Positions 12,377 to 27,338 of a stretch of 64,000 nucleotides of DNA are shown here, piece after piece. This stretch comes from Eledone cirrhosa (Eukaryota): contig OZ024746.1 of NCBI GenBank assembly GCA_964016885.1, forward strand, positions 38,564,001-38,628,000, read 5' to 3'. Made by a program: the position numbers and the translations under genes. Under the pieces are notes generated by a model that was not told the DNA's origin, made no database searches, and saw only the letters and a program-made list of their open reading frames with translations. Numbering within the stretch: position 1 is the stretch's first letter; the number at the start of each line of letters is the position of its first letter.

Positions 12377-13221
12377 ATACTTTGGGAGGGTCATGTTGCC
12401 AATAAGAAACACACGCACCAGTTGCTTTCATTTCAATTTATTATATATTTATAAATTTATAAATCTACAAATCTACAAACTTATAAATTTCTGGTTGGTT
12501 GGTTGGTTCCACAACCAGATAGTTGTTTATATATAGTCATAGTCCTTTCGTCACACACTCTGTGACCTCTTCAGTGACTGGGGATTCCTTTCTTTGTTTC
12601 TGTGCCTTTCCTTTCTTCTGTCCTACGCCATTTTGTTTCTGTGTGTGTGTTGTGTGCTCAGTTTGCGCATGCGCCACATCCGGGTGTCTGTGTGTGTTTG
12701 TGTTCATTTATCTATTTGTTTATTTAATTACATGTTGTTGGTTGGTTGTTTGTTCTATGTGTGTGTGTGTTTTCATTTTGTCCTTAATTGTAAGTTGTGA
12801 TGTTGCTGTTCCACTCATATTTTCTATTTAATTTTGGTTGTAATTCTTTTATGCTTACTGCCTCTGTAATTTGCCTAAACATTGCATCTTTTCTGTGTGT
12901 GGATTCTATTTTTATTTCTATGTTCTCTAATTTACCCTTGTGTTCTATCTTAGCATGTTGGTAGAGTACAGATGATTCTTTATTATCTGGAAGGTCTCGC
13001 CAGTGTTCATTTATCCGTTCCCCTATAATACGAGCTGTCTCACCTATGTACACTATATTTTTGTTTCTACATTGTCCTTCAGTACATCTTATGCTATACA
13101 CTACATTTCTAGTTTTACAGTTAATATGTGGGCTTATTTTACAGGTTATACATTTCTTATCTATACATGAGGGTCTTTGGAACGGGTATGTCTTGCTAAT
13201 AAGTGTTTTTACGGAGGTACC
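12371..13221 (-). mobile_element. PLE family A 3' part (GIY-YIG endonuclease + pLTR with hammerhead at 12535-12579)
   Basis: ORF 12784-13101 has VYSIRC..IVYIGET..ERINEH..EAVSI..LNRK and is near-identical to 15830-16667. Confidence 0.92.
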
Positions 13222-13390
13222 TATGCAGATTAGTAGTTATTAATTTGCAGATACTCAATTTTCAAATGCTGATCGCACAACCAATTCTTTAGAACGAATG
13301 ACTGAATTATGGTTTCTTTGTATTTCTTAAAGGGAGTGATTGGGGAAGATAGAGTAGTAATGGAAGAGAGAAAGAAAGGGAGAGGGAGAT

Positions 13391-13433
<43 letters not shown>

Positions 13434-13983
13434 TAGGGGTAGGAGAAATGGGAGAGAGTGGTTTGAAGAATACAGATAGCTTAACATAAATGTTGTGATC
13501 GTACTTTAGTATCCATTTATTACGATAAGCAAGGTACTGGTTAGTAGTAAGATTTGAGTGAAATTAGTTAGCGAGAGAGTGATGTAGTAGTCTCGGGTTC
13601 AAATTATGTTAAGTTACTTTTATAGTGAGAAAATTTAGCCTTCAGTTTATGGTTGCAGTATAACGATCGTTCGATTCTGTCATTTAGTAAATTGTTTTTA
13701 GATTTCAAGATATAAAAAAGTTCAAGGTTGCATAATACTAAAGAAACATTTGTAAACACTTGAAATAAAGTACCTTTTTATGATGTTTACCTTTTTTATT
13801 AATCATTCTTTATCTACACTCTGGAATATAGAAGAATCGGAGACCAAGTTTCTTTAACTGTTCATTTGTAACTCGTTGAGTAACCCCTATGTATATATAT
13901 ATACATATATATATATATATAACACTTGGCTAATAGCTATAGTCGACTGAGATAAATACTTAGTATATTTATAGATATATCTC

Positions 13984-14082
<99 letters not shown>

Positions 14083-14672
14083 ATACTTTGGGAGGGTCAT
14101 GTTGCCAATAAGAAACACACGCACCAATTGCTTTCACTTCAATTTATTATAATAAATTTATAATAAATTTATAAATTTATATATTTCTGGTTGGTTGGTT
14201 GGTTCCACAACCAGATAGTTGTTTATATATAGTCATAGTTCTTTCGTCACACACTCTGTGACCTCTTCTTTGTTTCTGTGCCTCACCTTTGTTCTGTCCT
14301 ACGCCATTTTGTTTCTGTGTGTTGTGTGCTCAGTCTGCGCATGCGCCACATCCGGGTGTCTGTGTGTGTTTATGTTCATTTACTTATTTGTTTATTTACA
14401 TGTTACTGGTTGGTTGTTTGTTCTATGTGTGTGTGTGTTTTCATTTTGTCCTTAATTGTAAGTTGTGATGTTGCTGTTCCACTCATATTTTCTATTTAAT
14501 TTTGGTTGTAATTCTTTTATGTTTATTGCCTCTGTAATTTGTCTAAACATTGCGTCTTTTCTGTGTGTAGATTCTATTTTTATTTCTATGTTCTCTAATT
14601 TACCCTTGTGTTCTATTTTAACATGTTGGTAGAGTATAGATGATTCTTTACTATCTTGAAGGTCTCGCCAGT

Positions 14673-16267
14673 GAAATGATCAGTGAGAGCAATGTTGAGT
14701 TCCGTGGGATTGATACCAGTGAGCTGGGACTCCTACTTAAACTTACCTATAGTAATAATTACCTAGACACATATGACCTTAGCAACCTGTGCCCTACAAG
14801 ACCAGCAAGAGGCAGACCACCTACCATTACCTCAATGGCCAAGCAAACCCACACAGATAGATGGAACGGGTGGACCAGAGCCATACGGACACCCGAAAAC
14901 CACGATGAACTGAAGAAAATGATTGCACATGCGGTAGGGGCCAGCATAAAACTAACCCTTAAGGAACATATGTTCAAATTTAATGGAAAAACATATGCCC
15001 AAGAGGAAGGAGCAGCCATTGGTGTTAGCATTGCAGGCGACACAGCTAACTTATTCATGGTATGGTGGGACAGTAGACTTAAACTTAAACTTAAAGAACA
15101 ATTAGAAGACCCCTTAACCCTGATAATGTACTCCCGCTACGTTGATGATATAAACATCGTAGTTAAGATACCCCCACTAGAGAAGAGTCAGGAACTAGAG
15201 AAAAACACAATGGAAAGCATCCAGCAAATAGCTAACTCCATCCACCAGAGCATTAGAGTTACTATAGACTACCCAAGTAAACACCCCAACCATCGATTAC
15301 CTGTACTAGACACAGAGCTCTGGTTAGATACCATTAATAACAAAAACAAATCCTCCATTCCCATTATGCCAAACCCATGACTTCCAAACATCTGATCCAC
15401 CGAAACTCGGCCGTTTCGGACCATACCAAAATCAACATACTGATTGCGGATTTGGTACGGGTGATGGGAAACGTGTCCCGCATGTGCAACCCCGAAGAAC
15501 TAGAGAGACACATACAACACTTCATCCACCGTATGCAGTTCTCTGGCTACAATCAGAGAGATAAAATCAGAGTGTATAGAGGAGCCAGAACTAAATGGGA
15601 AAAAATGGTAAATAATGACATAAATGGGACCTGCCCCTTGTATAGGAGCAAATTTTGGAATAGAATAGAAAGAACTAGGAACAAGGCTAATAGAATAAAC
15701 TCATGGTATGATAGCAATAAATACCAGAGTGTAATTTTCATCGATACAACCCCTAGAGGTGAATTAGCTTACAAATTTAGAAGGGCCCTAAATAAACATA
15801 AACTCAATATTAAGATAGTAGAAAGACCAGGTACCTCCGTAAAAACACTTATTAGCAAGACATACCCTTTCCAAAGACCCTCATGTATAGATAAGAAATG
15901 TATAACCTGTAAAATAAGCCCCCATATTAACTGTAAAACTAGAAATGTAGTGTATAGCATAAGATGTACTGAAGGACAATGTAGAGACAAAAATATAGTG
16001 TACATAGGTGAGACAGCTCGTAGTGTAGAGGAACGGATAAATGAACACTGGCGAGACCTTCAAGATAGTAAAGAATCATCTGTACTCTACCAACATGCTA
16101 AAATAGAACACAAGGGTAAATTAGAGAACATAGAAATAAAAATAGAATCTACACACAGAAAAGACGCAATGTTTAGACAAATTACAGAGGCAATAAACAT
16201 AAAAGAATTACAACCAAAATTAAATAGAAAATATGAGTGGAACAGCAACATCACAACTTACAATTAA
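14673..16267 (+). pseudogene. PLE reverse transcriptase / GIY-YIG endonuclease ORF, 5'-truncated, one frameshift near 15345
   Basis: GAAIGVSIAG..YSRYVDD..LPVLD, Cys linker CIDKKCITC, then VVY..YIGET..R..EH..E..LN. The ORF start at 14640 is an artefact of the inversion junction. Confidence 0.9.
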
Positions 16268-16467
16268 GGACAAAATGAAAACACACACACACATAGAACA
16301 AACAACCAACCAGTAACATGTAAATAAACAAATAAATAAATGAACATAAACACACACAGACACCCGGATGTGACGCATGCGCAGACTGAGCACACAACAC
16401 ACACACAGAAACAAAATGGCATAGGACAGAACAAAGGGGAGGCACAGAAACAAAGAAAGGAATCCCC

Positions 16468-16512
16468 AGTCACTGAAGAGGTCACAGAGTGTGTGACGAA
16501 AGAACTATGACT
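16468..16512 (+). ncRNA. Minimal type I hammerhead in the PLE-A pLTR (copies 12535-12579 -, 43392-43436 -, 44012-44056 +, decayed 58026-58067 +)
   Basis: AGTCA-CTGAAGA-G-GTCACA(gagtg)TGTGAC-GAAA-GAAC-TA-TGACT, on the same strand as the ORF. Confidence 0.8.
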
Positions 16513-16723
16513 ATATATAAACAACTATCTGGTTGTGGAACCAACCAACCAACCAGAAATTTATAAATTTATAAATTTATTATAAGTTTATTATAATAAA
16601 TTGAAGTGAAAGCAACTGGTGCGTGTGTTTCTTATTGGCAACATGACCCTCCCAAAGTATAACAATATCGGTTTCAACACACGATTTCAGATAAAGAATC
16701 TTGCTAAACAAATTCAGAAACGA

Positions 16724-16774
<51 letters not shown>

Positions 16775-16906
16775 AGAGATAGAGTGAGGGAGAGAAGAGA
16801 GGGCGTGTGTTTCTTATTGGCAACATGACCCTCCCAAAGTATAACAATATCGGTTTCAACACACGATTTCAGATAAAGTATCTTGCTAAACAAATTCAGA
16901 AACGAA

Positions 16907-16946
<40 letters not shown>

Positions 16947-16958
16947 GGGGGGGAGAGG

Positions 16959-16991
<33 letters not shown>

Positions 16992-17118
16992 AGAGAGAGA
17001 GAGAGGGGGGGAGGGAGGGAGAGATAGAGTGAGTGAGATGAAGAGAGGGCGAGAGTGAGTGAGAGAGAGAGATTTTCTGGATCAGTCCGAAGTTCACTAT
17101 TTACTACCCATATCGTAA

Positions 17119-18032
<914 letters not shown>

Positions 18033-18036
<4 letters not shown>

Positions 18037-18858
18037 ACTTACAATCTTTTAATAATGTCTTGTTTTGCTTAACTAATGAATATTTCCAGCTCTGCGCGCC
18101 TAACTTCTGCATGAACCCAGTCACCTAGCTGCTTTCTACTGCATATTGCACATTGAGCACATGCCTTTATGCTTTGGCTTCTAACTAATTCACCAATCTC
18201 TCCTCTCCTATCTCCTCTCCTATCTCCATCTCTCTCTTTAAGATTGGTTACTCTTGAACTGTGTATACTTGAGCTCCCGTAGTTGAGCTATTTACTGTTA
18301 TAATTCATCATGTTGAGCAAGCAGGAACTCAGAATCTCACTTAAGTCCATACCTATCCAGGACAGGAAGACATACCTCAAACTCCTAATACAGAGTGTCA
18401 ACTCTTTCATCCGAATAATAAGATGGAAAGCCTTCCACTTTGACCGTGCGGGTGCTGCTGACGCCGGAAGTACAGCAAATAGATATGGATTTACCACCTG
18501 CAAGAAACCCCCACACAACATCCTACTGGACCCTTTTGAGAAAGATCTATTCAACTTCGTCAGGGGCATTAAATTCAAAAGGCCTGACAAAACTAAAAAT
18601 CTATACACCATGACTCCTGAAACTTACAATTTTAATAATGTCTTCCTTGTGAAATTTGTGGTCTTGTTTTGCTTAACTAATGAATATTTCCAGCTCTGCG
18701 TGCCTAACTTCTGTATGAACCCAGCCACCTAGCTGATTTCTAGTGCATATTGCACATTGAGTACATGCCTTTACGCTTTGGCTTCTAACTAATTCACCAA
18801 TCTCTCCTCTCCTATCTCCATCTCTCTCTTTAAGATTGGTTACTCTTGAACTGTGTGT
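18033..18858 (+). mobile_element. Internally deleted PLE (Naiad-like N-terminus) between ~235 bp direct repeats (18033-18268 / 18618-18858)
   Basis: ORF 18310 reads SLKSIPI..YLKLLIQSVNSFIRIIRWKAFHF..YGF..PP..PFEKDL..IKFK / DKTKNLY, recognised from memory as a PLE N-terminal region. Confidence 0.6.
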
Positions 18859-20307
18859 ACATATATACATGTATATGTGTGTGTGTGTGTGTGTGTGCGT
18901 GCATACTGAGTACGTTAATCTTGCAATAAATAAAGTATCTAATACTGGTTGCAGAGTCAAAATAATATTTACTTTGAATTTATCTTATACAAATAAGTTG
19001 CAAATATCTGTACACTTGTTCAACCATATTAAAATAAACGTAGCTTTATATGCAAAACCTTGTAGACGCACGTAACTCAATAATGAAAATAAAACCAAAA
19101 AAGAAAATCAAGGAAAATGGGAATAGATAGATATATTTATTTATGTATTTTATTTATACGTCCGTATAGAGCTAGTAAGCCATGGCACACAAGGAGAAGT
19201 ATCTAGTACTTATTACAGTTAAAAAAATACAGAAAAAAAAACCTAGATATGCAGAGATAAATGAGTTTTAAAATAAAATGAAATTTAAAATAAAATAAAA
19301 TAAAATTCTAATTTTAAATAAGGAAAGCCAACTAGAAGCAAATTAAGCATAAAACATTAAAAAAAAAGATTTTAAAAAAATGGGAAGCTGGGGAAACTGT
19401 AAAGAAGCTAAGAGGTTATGTTGTTGAATATTTTAGTAAATTCTATGAACTCAAGAAAATGTTCCATGTTAGACATATAAAGAAGGAGGCGACGTCTGTG
19501 ATATGTTTTCAACTTAATCAGTGATTTGGCTGTTAGCGTGCATGTTGGAAAATTAAAACAATTATTACAAAAAAATATATCATTGTTAAAATATAGAATT
19601 TATATTAACATGATGTCACCTCTTACCTGACCAAAGGATTTTACAAAAGTGTATACAGTTTGACTGGCAGCCTGAGGCACTCTATCGGTTACGATGTTGA
19701 GTGCGTCGATAACCAGAACAGTCTTCTCTTGAAATAAACGTGCAAGTGGCTGAGCATTCCAAAAACGCGCGTACCCTTAACATAGTTCTTAGGGAAATAT
19801 CCGCGTGACACAGAATGTGACAAGGCTGGACATTCGAACTATGACTACAACTCATTTTTGCCATCTGAATGGACAGGAGTAACATGAAATAAAGTGTCTT
19901 ACTCGAACTCACAACCGTACGATTGTAAGCCGAATACCCAAACCAGAAGGCCACGCGCCTTCACTGTATATAGATAGATTGATACAATCATACTTACAGA
20001 ATAATTTACAAATCTGTAAATGTATATTTACATACATATCAACTAGAAATTGATTGACATATATATATATATTTAAAATAAATACATGAAACAATCACAG
20101 GGGATAATTTGTAAAGTGTGTAATCACACATAGCTAGGTTGGCAACTAATTAAAGTTTAACTAGAGCTTCAAATATTACCTTTTAAAAAATTATTAATCT
20201 TCCTTGTATATTATTAAGGAAGTATATTTCACCATTAATCCGTAAAGTCACAGTAATCAAATCCTCGGACATGACTCCCTTAATTTAATTTAATTTAATT
20301 AATTTTG

Positions 20308-20386
<79 letters not shown>

Positions 20387-20674
20387 ATATACATATATAT
20401 ATATATACATATACTCTCTCTCTCTCTCTCCATATATATATATATACATATATATATTTATATGGAGAGAGAGTAAGCGAGAGCGAGATGGGAGAGAGAG
20501 AGAGAAAGATTATTATGGATCCGATTGGCGATTTGGTATTCTACCTTTGGGAAGTCAGAAGAAACACATATATATTTAAATATAAGCATAGATACATATA
20601 TGAGTGTAGCCCACCTTCAACAATGTCGCTCAATCAGTGAATGATTTAAATAAATAATTATTAATCAGAGCTTT

Positions 20675-20910
20675 ATAAAATTATAAGTTTGAAGAAGAGG
20701 CAGATAACATTTACCTAATTTTTTCTTCTTAGTCCGGAGAAATTAACTAAATAAATAATCAACTAAACGGAGCTAAGTTTAAAATGTAAGTTTGAAGAAA
20801 TGATAGATGAATGTTAACTAATATTCCTCTATTATTTAGTTAATTTCTACAGACTAAAGAGAAAAATTAGATAAATTGTATTTGCCTGTTCTTCAAACTT
20901 ATAATTTTAT
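20675..20910. repeat. Imperfect fold-back element (~80 bp arms) next to (TA)n
   Basis: 20675-20756 is approximately the reverse complement of 20831-20910. Confidence 0.7.
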
Positions 20911-20918
20911 ATATATAT

Positions 20919-20949
<31 letters not shown>

Positions 20950-20984
20950 AGATCAAAAGATGGTTAAATGAGTTCCATGTATTG

Positions 20985-21045
20985 TATTATGCGCATTTCA
21001 AAAACAAATATCATCATGCAATAACATTTGTCTTTTCATCAGATA
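20985..21045 (-). ncRNA. Type I hammerhead with canonical core, long helix II and palindromic helix III
   Basis: TAT-CTGATGA-AAAGACAAAT(16 nt)ATTTGTTTTT-GAAA-TGCGCA-TA-ATA. Confidence 0.7.
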
Positions 21046-21200
21046 AAATAGGAAGACATGATATGAAGGTTAAAAACACTTGTGGATAGTGCAGTTTTAA
21101 ATCAACATATATATTATGTATACTCCAGTCCTACAAACTGGAGAGTGCTTCTTATCCGATATCTGCATTGCTTTATTGTACTACAATAAAACTCACCTCC

Positions 21201-21266
<66 letters not shown>

Positions 21267-21300
21267 GTTATATATATATATATTAGTTAATAATATAATG

Positions 21301-21364
<64 letters not shown>

Positions 21365-21772
21365 CATTAAAAGTTTGAAGAGTGTGTATACATGTATATA
21401 TATATATATACATATATATACATGTATACACACTCTGCTGCATACATGCAAGTGAATACTCACACTGTCTATTTATCTATCTAACACTCCCACACTTTCA
21501 CACGCACTAACGCTGACAACAGTTTATTTACATTCCAATCAAATTTCTCCTACAGCTGGCCCTGAGGTTAAATTGTTAAAGAGATGTACGTTTGGAACAC
21601 TTACAAATGGAAATAAAAAAGCAGTAGCCACCGGTAAAAGAAATGGAAGAAAACATAAATAACGTGAATACAGTGTTAACAATTATTACGACTAGAGAGT
21701 CGTAATATGAACCAGAGCCCAAAACTGAGAAAAGTAAAAACGTAATGATAAATATATATATATATATATATC

Positions 21773-21850
<78 letters not shown>

Positions 21851-21857
<7 letters not shown>

Positions 21858-22070
21858 ATACTTTGGGAGGGTCATGTTGCCAATAAGAAACACACGCACC
21901 AGTTGCTTTCACTTCAATTTATTATATATTTATAAATTCATAAATTTACAAATCTACAAACCTATAAATTATAAATTTCTGGTTGGCAACATGACCCTCC
22001 CAAAGTATAACAATATCGGTTTCAACACACGATTTCAGATAAAGAATCTTGCTAAACAAATTCAGAAACG

Positions 22071-22074
<4 letters not shown>
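21851..22074. mobile_element. PLE family A mini hairpin insertion (only pLTR ends, inverted)
   Basis: A minus-strand pLTR end switches to the plus-strand end and tail at a TTGG microhomology (~21982-21985). Confidence 0.85.
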
Positions 22075-22160
<86 letters not shown>

Positions 22161-22165
<5 letters not shown>

Positions 22166-22800
22166 TACACTGCTCGGGCGCAGCCGATCTGTGGGGCTAT
22201 GTCGAACAACTGCTGTCAAGGGTGGGACCGATCCGGTTGACCACCGAGTCTATTGTAATGATCAAGCCGCCTCCCCCCTTCAAAGATGAAGCAGAGGCGG
22301 TGTTTCTGTGCGTAATAGCCATGGCGAAAGAGGTTGTATGGTGGACGCGTCTGAAAGGACTGAGGTCAGGCACCTTTCTCTCTGGCCAACAACTGGTCCG
22401 TTTCTTCCGATATCATTTCGGAAGAAGGATCAGGATGGAGAGAGAGGTGCTGCACCCCAGCCGTTTCTATGAAAGATGGGTGAAAGTGGCGAGAATGGCC
22501 CGTGTAAATGGGCCTTCACTCTACATCAGACTATAGGTAAGGAAGATGAAAGACCAAGGGAGCACCCCTTCTCTGTGCTCCTGAGGAGAAGGGTTGCACA
22601 CTTTTTTCGGGGGTGTGTACGACCCCCCAAGGCGCCTCCTCTCTATTGAGGATTTTGTTAAAAATTTTATTTTTTGTGATATCTTATTTTATTTTTATAT
22701 TTTGTTATTGCCTCCTCCTTATTGAGGACGCCTTTTTGTGTAAACTCCCCCCTTTGTACTTGTCCCACTTTTGATGCCCTAGTGGCAAATAAAAGAAATC
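22161..22800 (+). mobile_element. Tx1-type LINE subfamily C 3' fragment
   Basis: Near-identical to the reverse complement of 46001-46640; ends AAATAAAAGAAATCTATA. Confidence 0.92.
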
Positions 22801-22850
22801 TATATATATATATATATTGAAAATTAGAATTGGTGCTCTGAAATAGCGAT

Positions 22851-23035
22851 ATATATATGAATGTATATATAGTGTATTTTGCAATACACTGTAGGCTTAA
22901 TTAAAAGCATTTCGAAGACCTTACTCTATTGTTTTAGGGTAGTGACAGTCTCACTTACTTTAAATTCTCCCTTGTTTGCTGAAAATTTAAATACAGTGTA
23001 TTGCAAAATACACTGTATATATGTTCATATATATA
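22851..23035. repeat. Small inverted-repeat element; partial copy ~42465-42565
   Basis: AGTGTATTTTGCAATACACTGTA and its reverse complement flank an internal hairpin. Confidence 0.65.
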
Positions 23036-23055
23036 TATATATATATATATACATA

Positions 23056-23470
23056 GAAGATCCTGGAAGGGTTAGCACTAAACTTCGGCATTGAAGGCAG
23101 GACCAGCCCACGAAGGGGACATTACTGTGTAGTGCCAAATGTCTCATCCGTCACATCGAGAATAATGACCACGTACTGCAAAAGCATGGGGTTCAAAGAA
23201 CCCCTGCTTTTTAAAAGGCTACCAAAAAAATATGAGAGATCTATATGGTATGCATGCGGATGTTTTCATGAAACATCTCGATATTTTACTGACCAAGATC
23301 CCGGATGAACCCACAGCACGAGGCGAAGCACACATACGGGCAGCTGCAACAAACTCCCTTTTGCATCAATGGCCAACCATGGAAGGTTGGCTATCGAAAG
23401 TGTTGCATGGGTGGCGTTGCCCCAGAATGGCCTCTGCCCTTCGGCTGGAACTCAAATAAATAAATAAATG
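23056..23470 (+). mobile_element. CR1/L2-group LINE 3' end
   Basis: ..VFMKHLDILLTKIPDEP..RAAATNSL C-terminal motif and a (TAAA)n tail. Confidence 0.6.
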
Positions 23471-24655
23471 AATTGGTCCTACTGAATTACTGATGCGAAT
23501 AGGTTAATGCTCACAATATGTACATCATGAGTATTATCCGTAATACAGTATATAAATGGTGTTAAATCTAAATAAATTCAGAATATAATACACAAATATG
23601 GTAAAGTGTCTGTCTTATAAAACTGTAAATCGTGATAACTTATATCTTTTCGTGACAAAGCGTTGTATATGTTGTCAGAAAATGGTAGACGAAAAATCAA
23701 TTTTGAAAACATTTTTTCGCAGTGGAAATCTCTGATGTTCTTAGCGTATAACTTAGGGTCGGATTTCCGATCTGAGGATAACTTCTTCCGATCAACCTCG
23801 AATGTTATTTAAAGGTCATTGGCAGTGCACTTCGGCCTTTGATAGAGACATTAAATATACAGTTTTAATTTTCCAAACGTATTTCAACAATTTTTACCCG
23901 AACATTTTAATTCTTTCAATATTTCCAATTCATTTATATTACTAACAGATGTATCAGCAGAGGAGAGACAAATAAATATTTGTTTTATATATTATGTGTG
24001 GGTGCATGTATGTGTATGTGTATGTGGGTGTATGTATATATATATAGATGAGGGACTCATTTTATTACATGTTATCCATGTGCTACCTGCAGTATTTTTC
24101 TCTATATTTTATTACATATATTTACCACTGCGATTCTGTGTTTTTTCTCTCTCTCTTACTGTTCCCCCATTCTCTCTGTTTCTCCCCCTCTGTCATGTCA
24201 GTTAACTCTTCCTCACACTTTCACTCACTCACTGTTTCTCTCTCTTCTCTTCATTTCATCCTGTACACCACGAAAGCTATTTTTCTCTCTCCGCTCATAG
24301 CCTACGCTCGTGTACTGTCTGTTCTAAAAGCGCTCATATATTCACCTAGCTTATGCTAAACAGAATAATTTTTGAAGCTTGTTTCTTTCCCCTGGTTAGC
24401 TTTACACTGTTGTTCTCCTGTCTCACTCGCTTTACGCGTTTTAATTGTCCTAATAACTTATTTTGGTTATTATTGCACCGAAGTGAGGTATATGATTTTT
24501 AATGCAATGAAATATCCATGATCTTCGGCAAATCACTGATGAGGGACTCATTTTATTACATGTTATCCATGTGCTACCTGCAGTATTTTTCTCTATATTT
24601 TATTATATATATATATATATATATATATTGTGTGTGTGTATAATATATGTATATA

Positions 24656-24753
24656 CAGGGTGTCCAAAAAACGTATGCATACTTTGATTTCCTGTACTGA
24701 CAATATTTATTAGAATGCTGTTGAAGTGTGTATACATTTTTGGGGACACCCTG
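24656..24753. mobile_element. Tc1/mariner-type MITE
   Basis: TIRs CAGGGTGTCC.. / ..GGACACCCTG, flanked by TA on both sides. Confidence 0.75.
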
Positions 24754-27222
24754 TAAGTATATATATATATACTTTTTTTTTTTGTGTCTGTGTTTGTGAT
24801 GTGTGTGTGTGTGTTTGTGTATGTGTGTGTGAGAATGAGAGGGGTTTCCGTCAAACCCTCATTCAATCCTTTATGGAATCTTGGACCTCTGTTTTTGTGA
24901 TACCTTTTTCCACATAATTTGCCCGATGCCACTATCAATATGTCTGTATGTATGTTTGTTACCAATTCCATATTTTACAGTATACATTATTTGATATGAT
25001 AAGGTTTGGAAAACGCGAAATCTCGCCAGATGAGTAAATTGTACCAGTTACTAGTATATAGGCTTGGTCTTAGCTTTCTAAGCTCTGCTTCCTGGCTTCT
25101 TGTGACTCTGAAATAATGGCTACATTCTACTAGAAAATATAACGAGATAGCCATGGCTTCAATGCCTTTGATTATATGTCTATTAGGGCTAGCATTGGAT
25201 TTTATCCAACAACAAAACTATCGTTGCTATCACTAGTAAAAAATAATCTAACGACGGTGCCTCTCCACGCCATCGATGTTTGTCCAACAAAAATGCAAAG
25301 GCCGATACAGCTTGGCATCAGTGACGTTGCAACTCATTTTCATATCTGAGTGAACTAGAGCAACGTGAAATAAAGTGCATTGATGAAGAACACAACGCAA
25401 AGCTCGGTCGAGAATCCAACGCACAACCTCACGATTGTAAGCTCGACGTTCTAACCACTAAGCCATGCATCTTCGCATTAGCTCAAGTTGTATTGCAATA
25501 AAATATCTTACTCCTGACACTATCAATTAACCAAGCGTAGAAGATATATAATCGGATTAAAACTTAATAATATTAATATTTCAGTGACCTCGGTGTCCAA
25601 ACTTAATCTTTAATGACCTTTTATAGCAACTTCATATATCTAAACTATATAAGGTTACATCAGGTAGGTTAACTTCGAATTTCAGAGACATAAATATTTC
25701 AAAACTGAAAACAAAACTGAATTGTTTTTTTGTTTTTTTTTCGTTTTATTTTTGCATTGTACAAGTATGAATGAATACACTCGTGAGTTTGGATCATGCT
25801 TACATATCCTTAGCTACATCTAACACACAACCTCTATACCCCAACATTACATACAGAGAAGGACAGAGAGTGAGAAAGAAAAAAAGAAAGAAAAAAAGAA
25901 AGAAAGAAAGAAAGAAAGAAATAAAGAAAGAAAGAGGGCGGGGGTAGATAATAAGTATGCAAGGGATTTTTACTGGATCGCTAGTAAATGTTTGCATGAT
26001 ATTCTTATTCGACCCACCACGAACGATATTTTCTTAATTTAAGAGGTTCGCAAGATAAAATGAATAGGCTATGAATGATGTTTATTTACAATGGCCCAAG
26101 GAATTGCGATCCAAACACTGAATCCTGCGAAATAGAACCAGATTATTGACAGGCTTTATACATTATTTTCGTGTGTGTACACATTTTCATGTGGAATCGT
26201 TCAAATTTGTAAATAAAAATTCCATCACTGTGTTTGAATGTAAAAAACATTCGCTTTATATTTCTGCTTACATTGAAAAATATAATTCATACTAATAAGG
26301 AATATATTTAATCAACTCTTAGGGGCTTAATCTCAGTAAATACGTACGGAATATTTATGACTAATAACCCTTTTCTACATCCATGATGAAGTGGTATTCT
26401 TTCAAAGATGCTGGTTAAAAGACAAGCCAGAGGGAGAGTTCGCACACTGCTAGTTATGCCACGTGACTCGTTGATATTTTTTGCAATAACAATATATTTA
26501 TATGTGCTACAATACTTGATGAAGGCCTCGAGTTAATAATACAATTTAAGAAACAAATCTCCCATAGGAATTGGATGCAAAACGCAGGAAGGGAGACGTG
26601 GTTTGCCAAAATTGTCATGTTCCTTGAACAATTTAAATGAAAATTCCAGTTATAGAAATAACATTTTCAAAAACAAAATTCTACGGATTTTCCCACTTTT
26701 CAAAAGCACAAGATCTGGGTATTTTGTTAATATAATCCAAGAATCAAGAAAATAGTTTTCAACTTATTTTGTATAACTTATAGCCTCGTGAGCTGGAATG
26801 GCTTTTCCAGCGCGTCTCCGTCACCATCGTCTGGGAAAATGCCTTCTCTATTCTGTCCGCCGGGGCCGCGGGGTGGCCATCATTTTCTCACAATAGTGAG
26901 ACGGAGGCGTTGATTGTGGGAGTCTGGTTCTTTTTTGTTCGGACCTGGTGTATCTGTATATGGAAAAGGAAGGGCTTCCTTGTAATTATCTATGTATTAA
27001 ATATACTGACTCTCACTTAACTACTACCGCCGCCACTGCAGTATTGTCACAACACCACCCCTAAAAACACCGCCACGAAAGCAATACCACCCTACAACAC
27101 TACAACCAACACCACTTCAAGTTCTTTCCTATTTCATTTGATGTTAAAGTACATATTACACAAGAAGACTTTCTCTGAAGACTTCATAATCTATCAATAC
27201 AACCATCATCATTTCATTTCTG

Positions 27223-27289
<67 letters not shown>

Positions 27290-27305
27290 TCTCTCTCTCT
27301 CTCTG

Positions 27306-27338
<33 letters not shown>

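Larger units (their letters stand above)
14078..16726 (+). mobile_element. PLE family A, 5'-truncated: inverted 5' arm (14078-14672, -), then RT, GIY-YIG, pLTR and a ~58 bp tail; tail duplicated at 16802-16908
   Basis: RT motifs, GIY-YIG domain, inverted pLTR and (TA)n flanks. Confidence 0.93.

Noticed and set aside
14640-14672. ATG start of the 246 aa RT ORF
   Set aside because: It comes from the antisense inverted arm and is not a real N-terminus.
18070-18170. Possible SECIS in the Naiad-like repeat
   Set aside because: ATGA is present but there is no correctly spaced AA loop and GA quartet.
20684-20905. TTGAAGA..GAAA hammerhead in the fold-back arms
   Set aside because: Helix III and the cleavage triplet cannot be placed convincingly.
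21745-22536. 263 aa ORF
   Set aside because: Chance read-through of TA repeats, a PLE end and a Tx1 3' fragment.
22908-22965. TCGAAGA-hairpin-GACA motif resembling a hammerhead
   Set aside because: Two core mismatches in both copies and no helix I.
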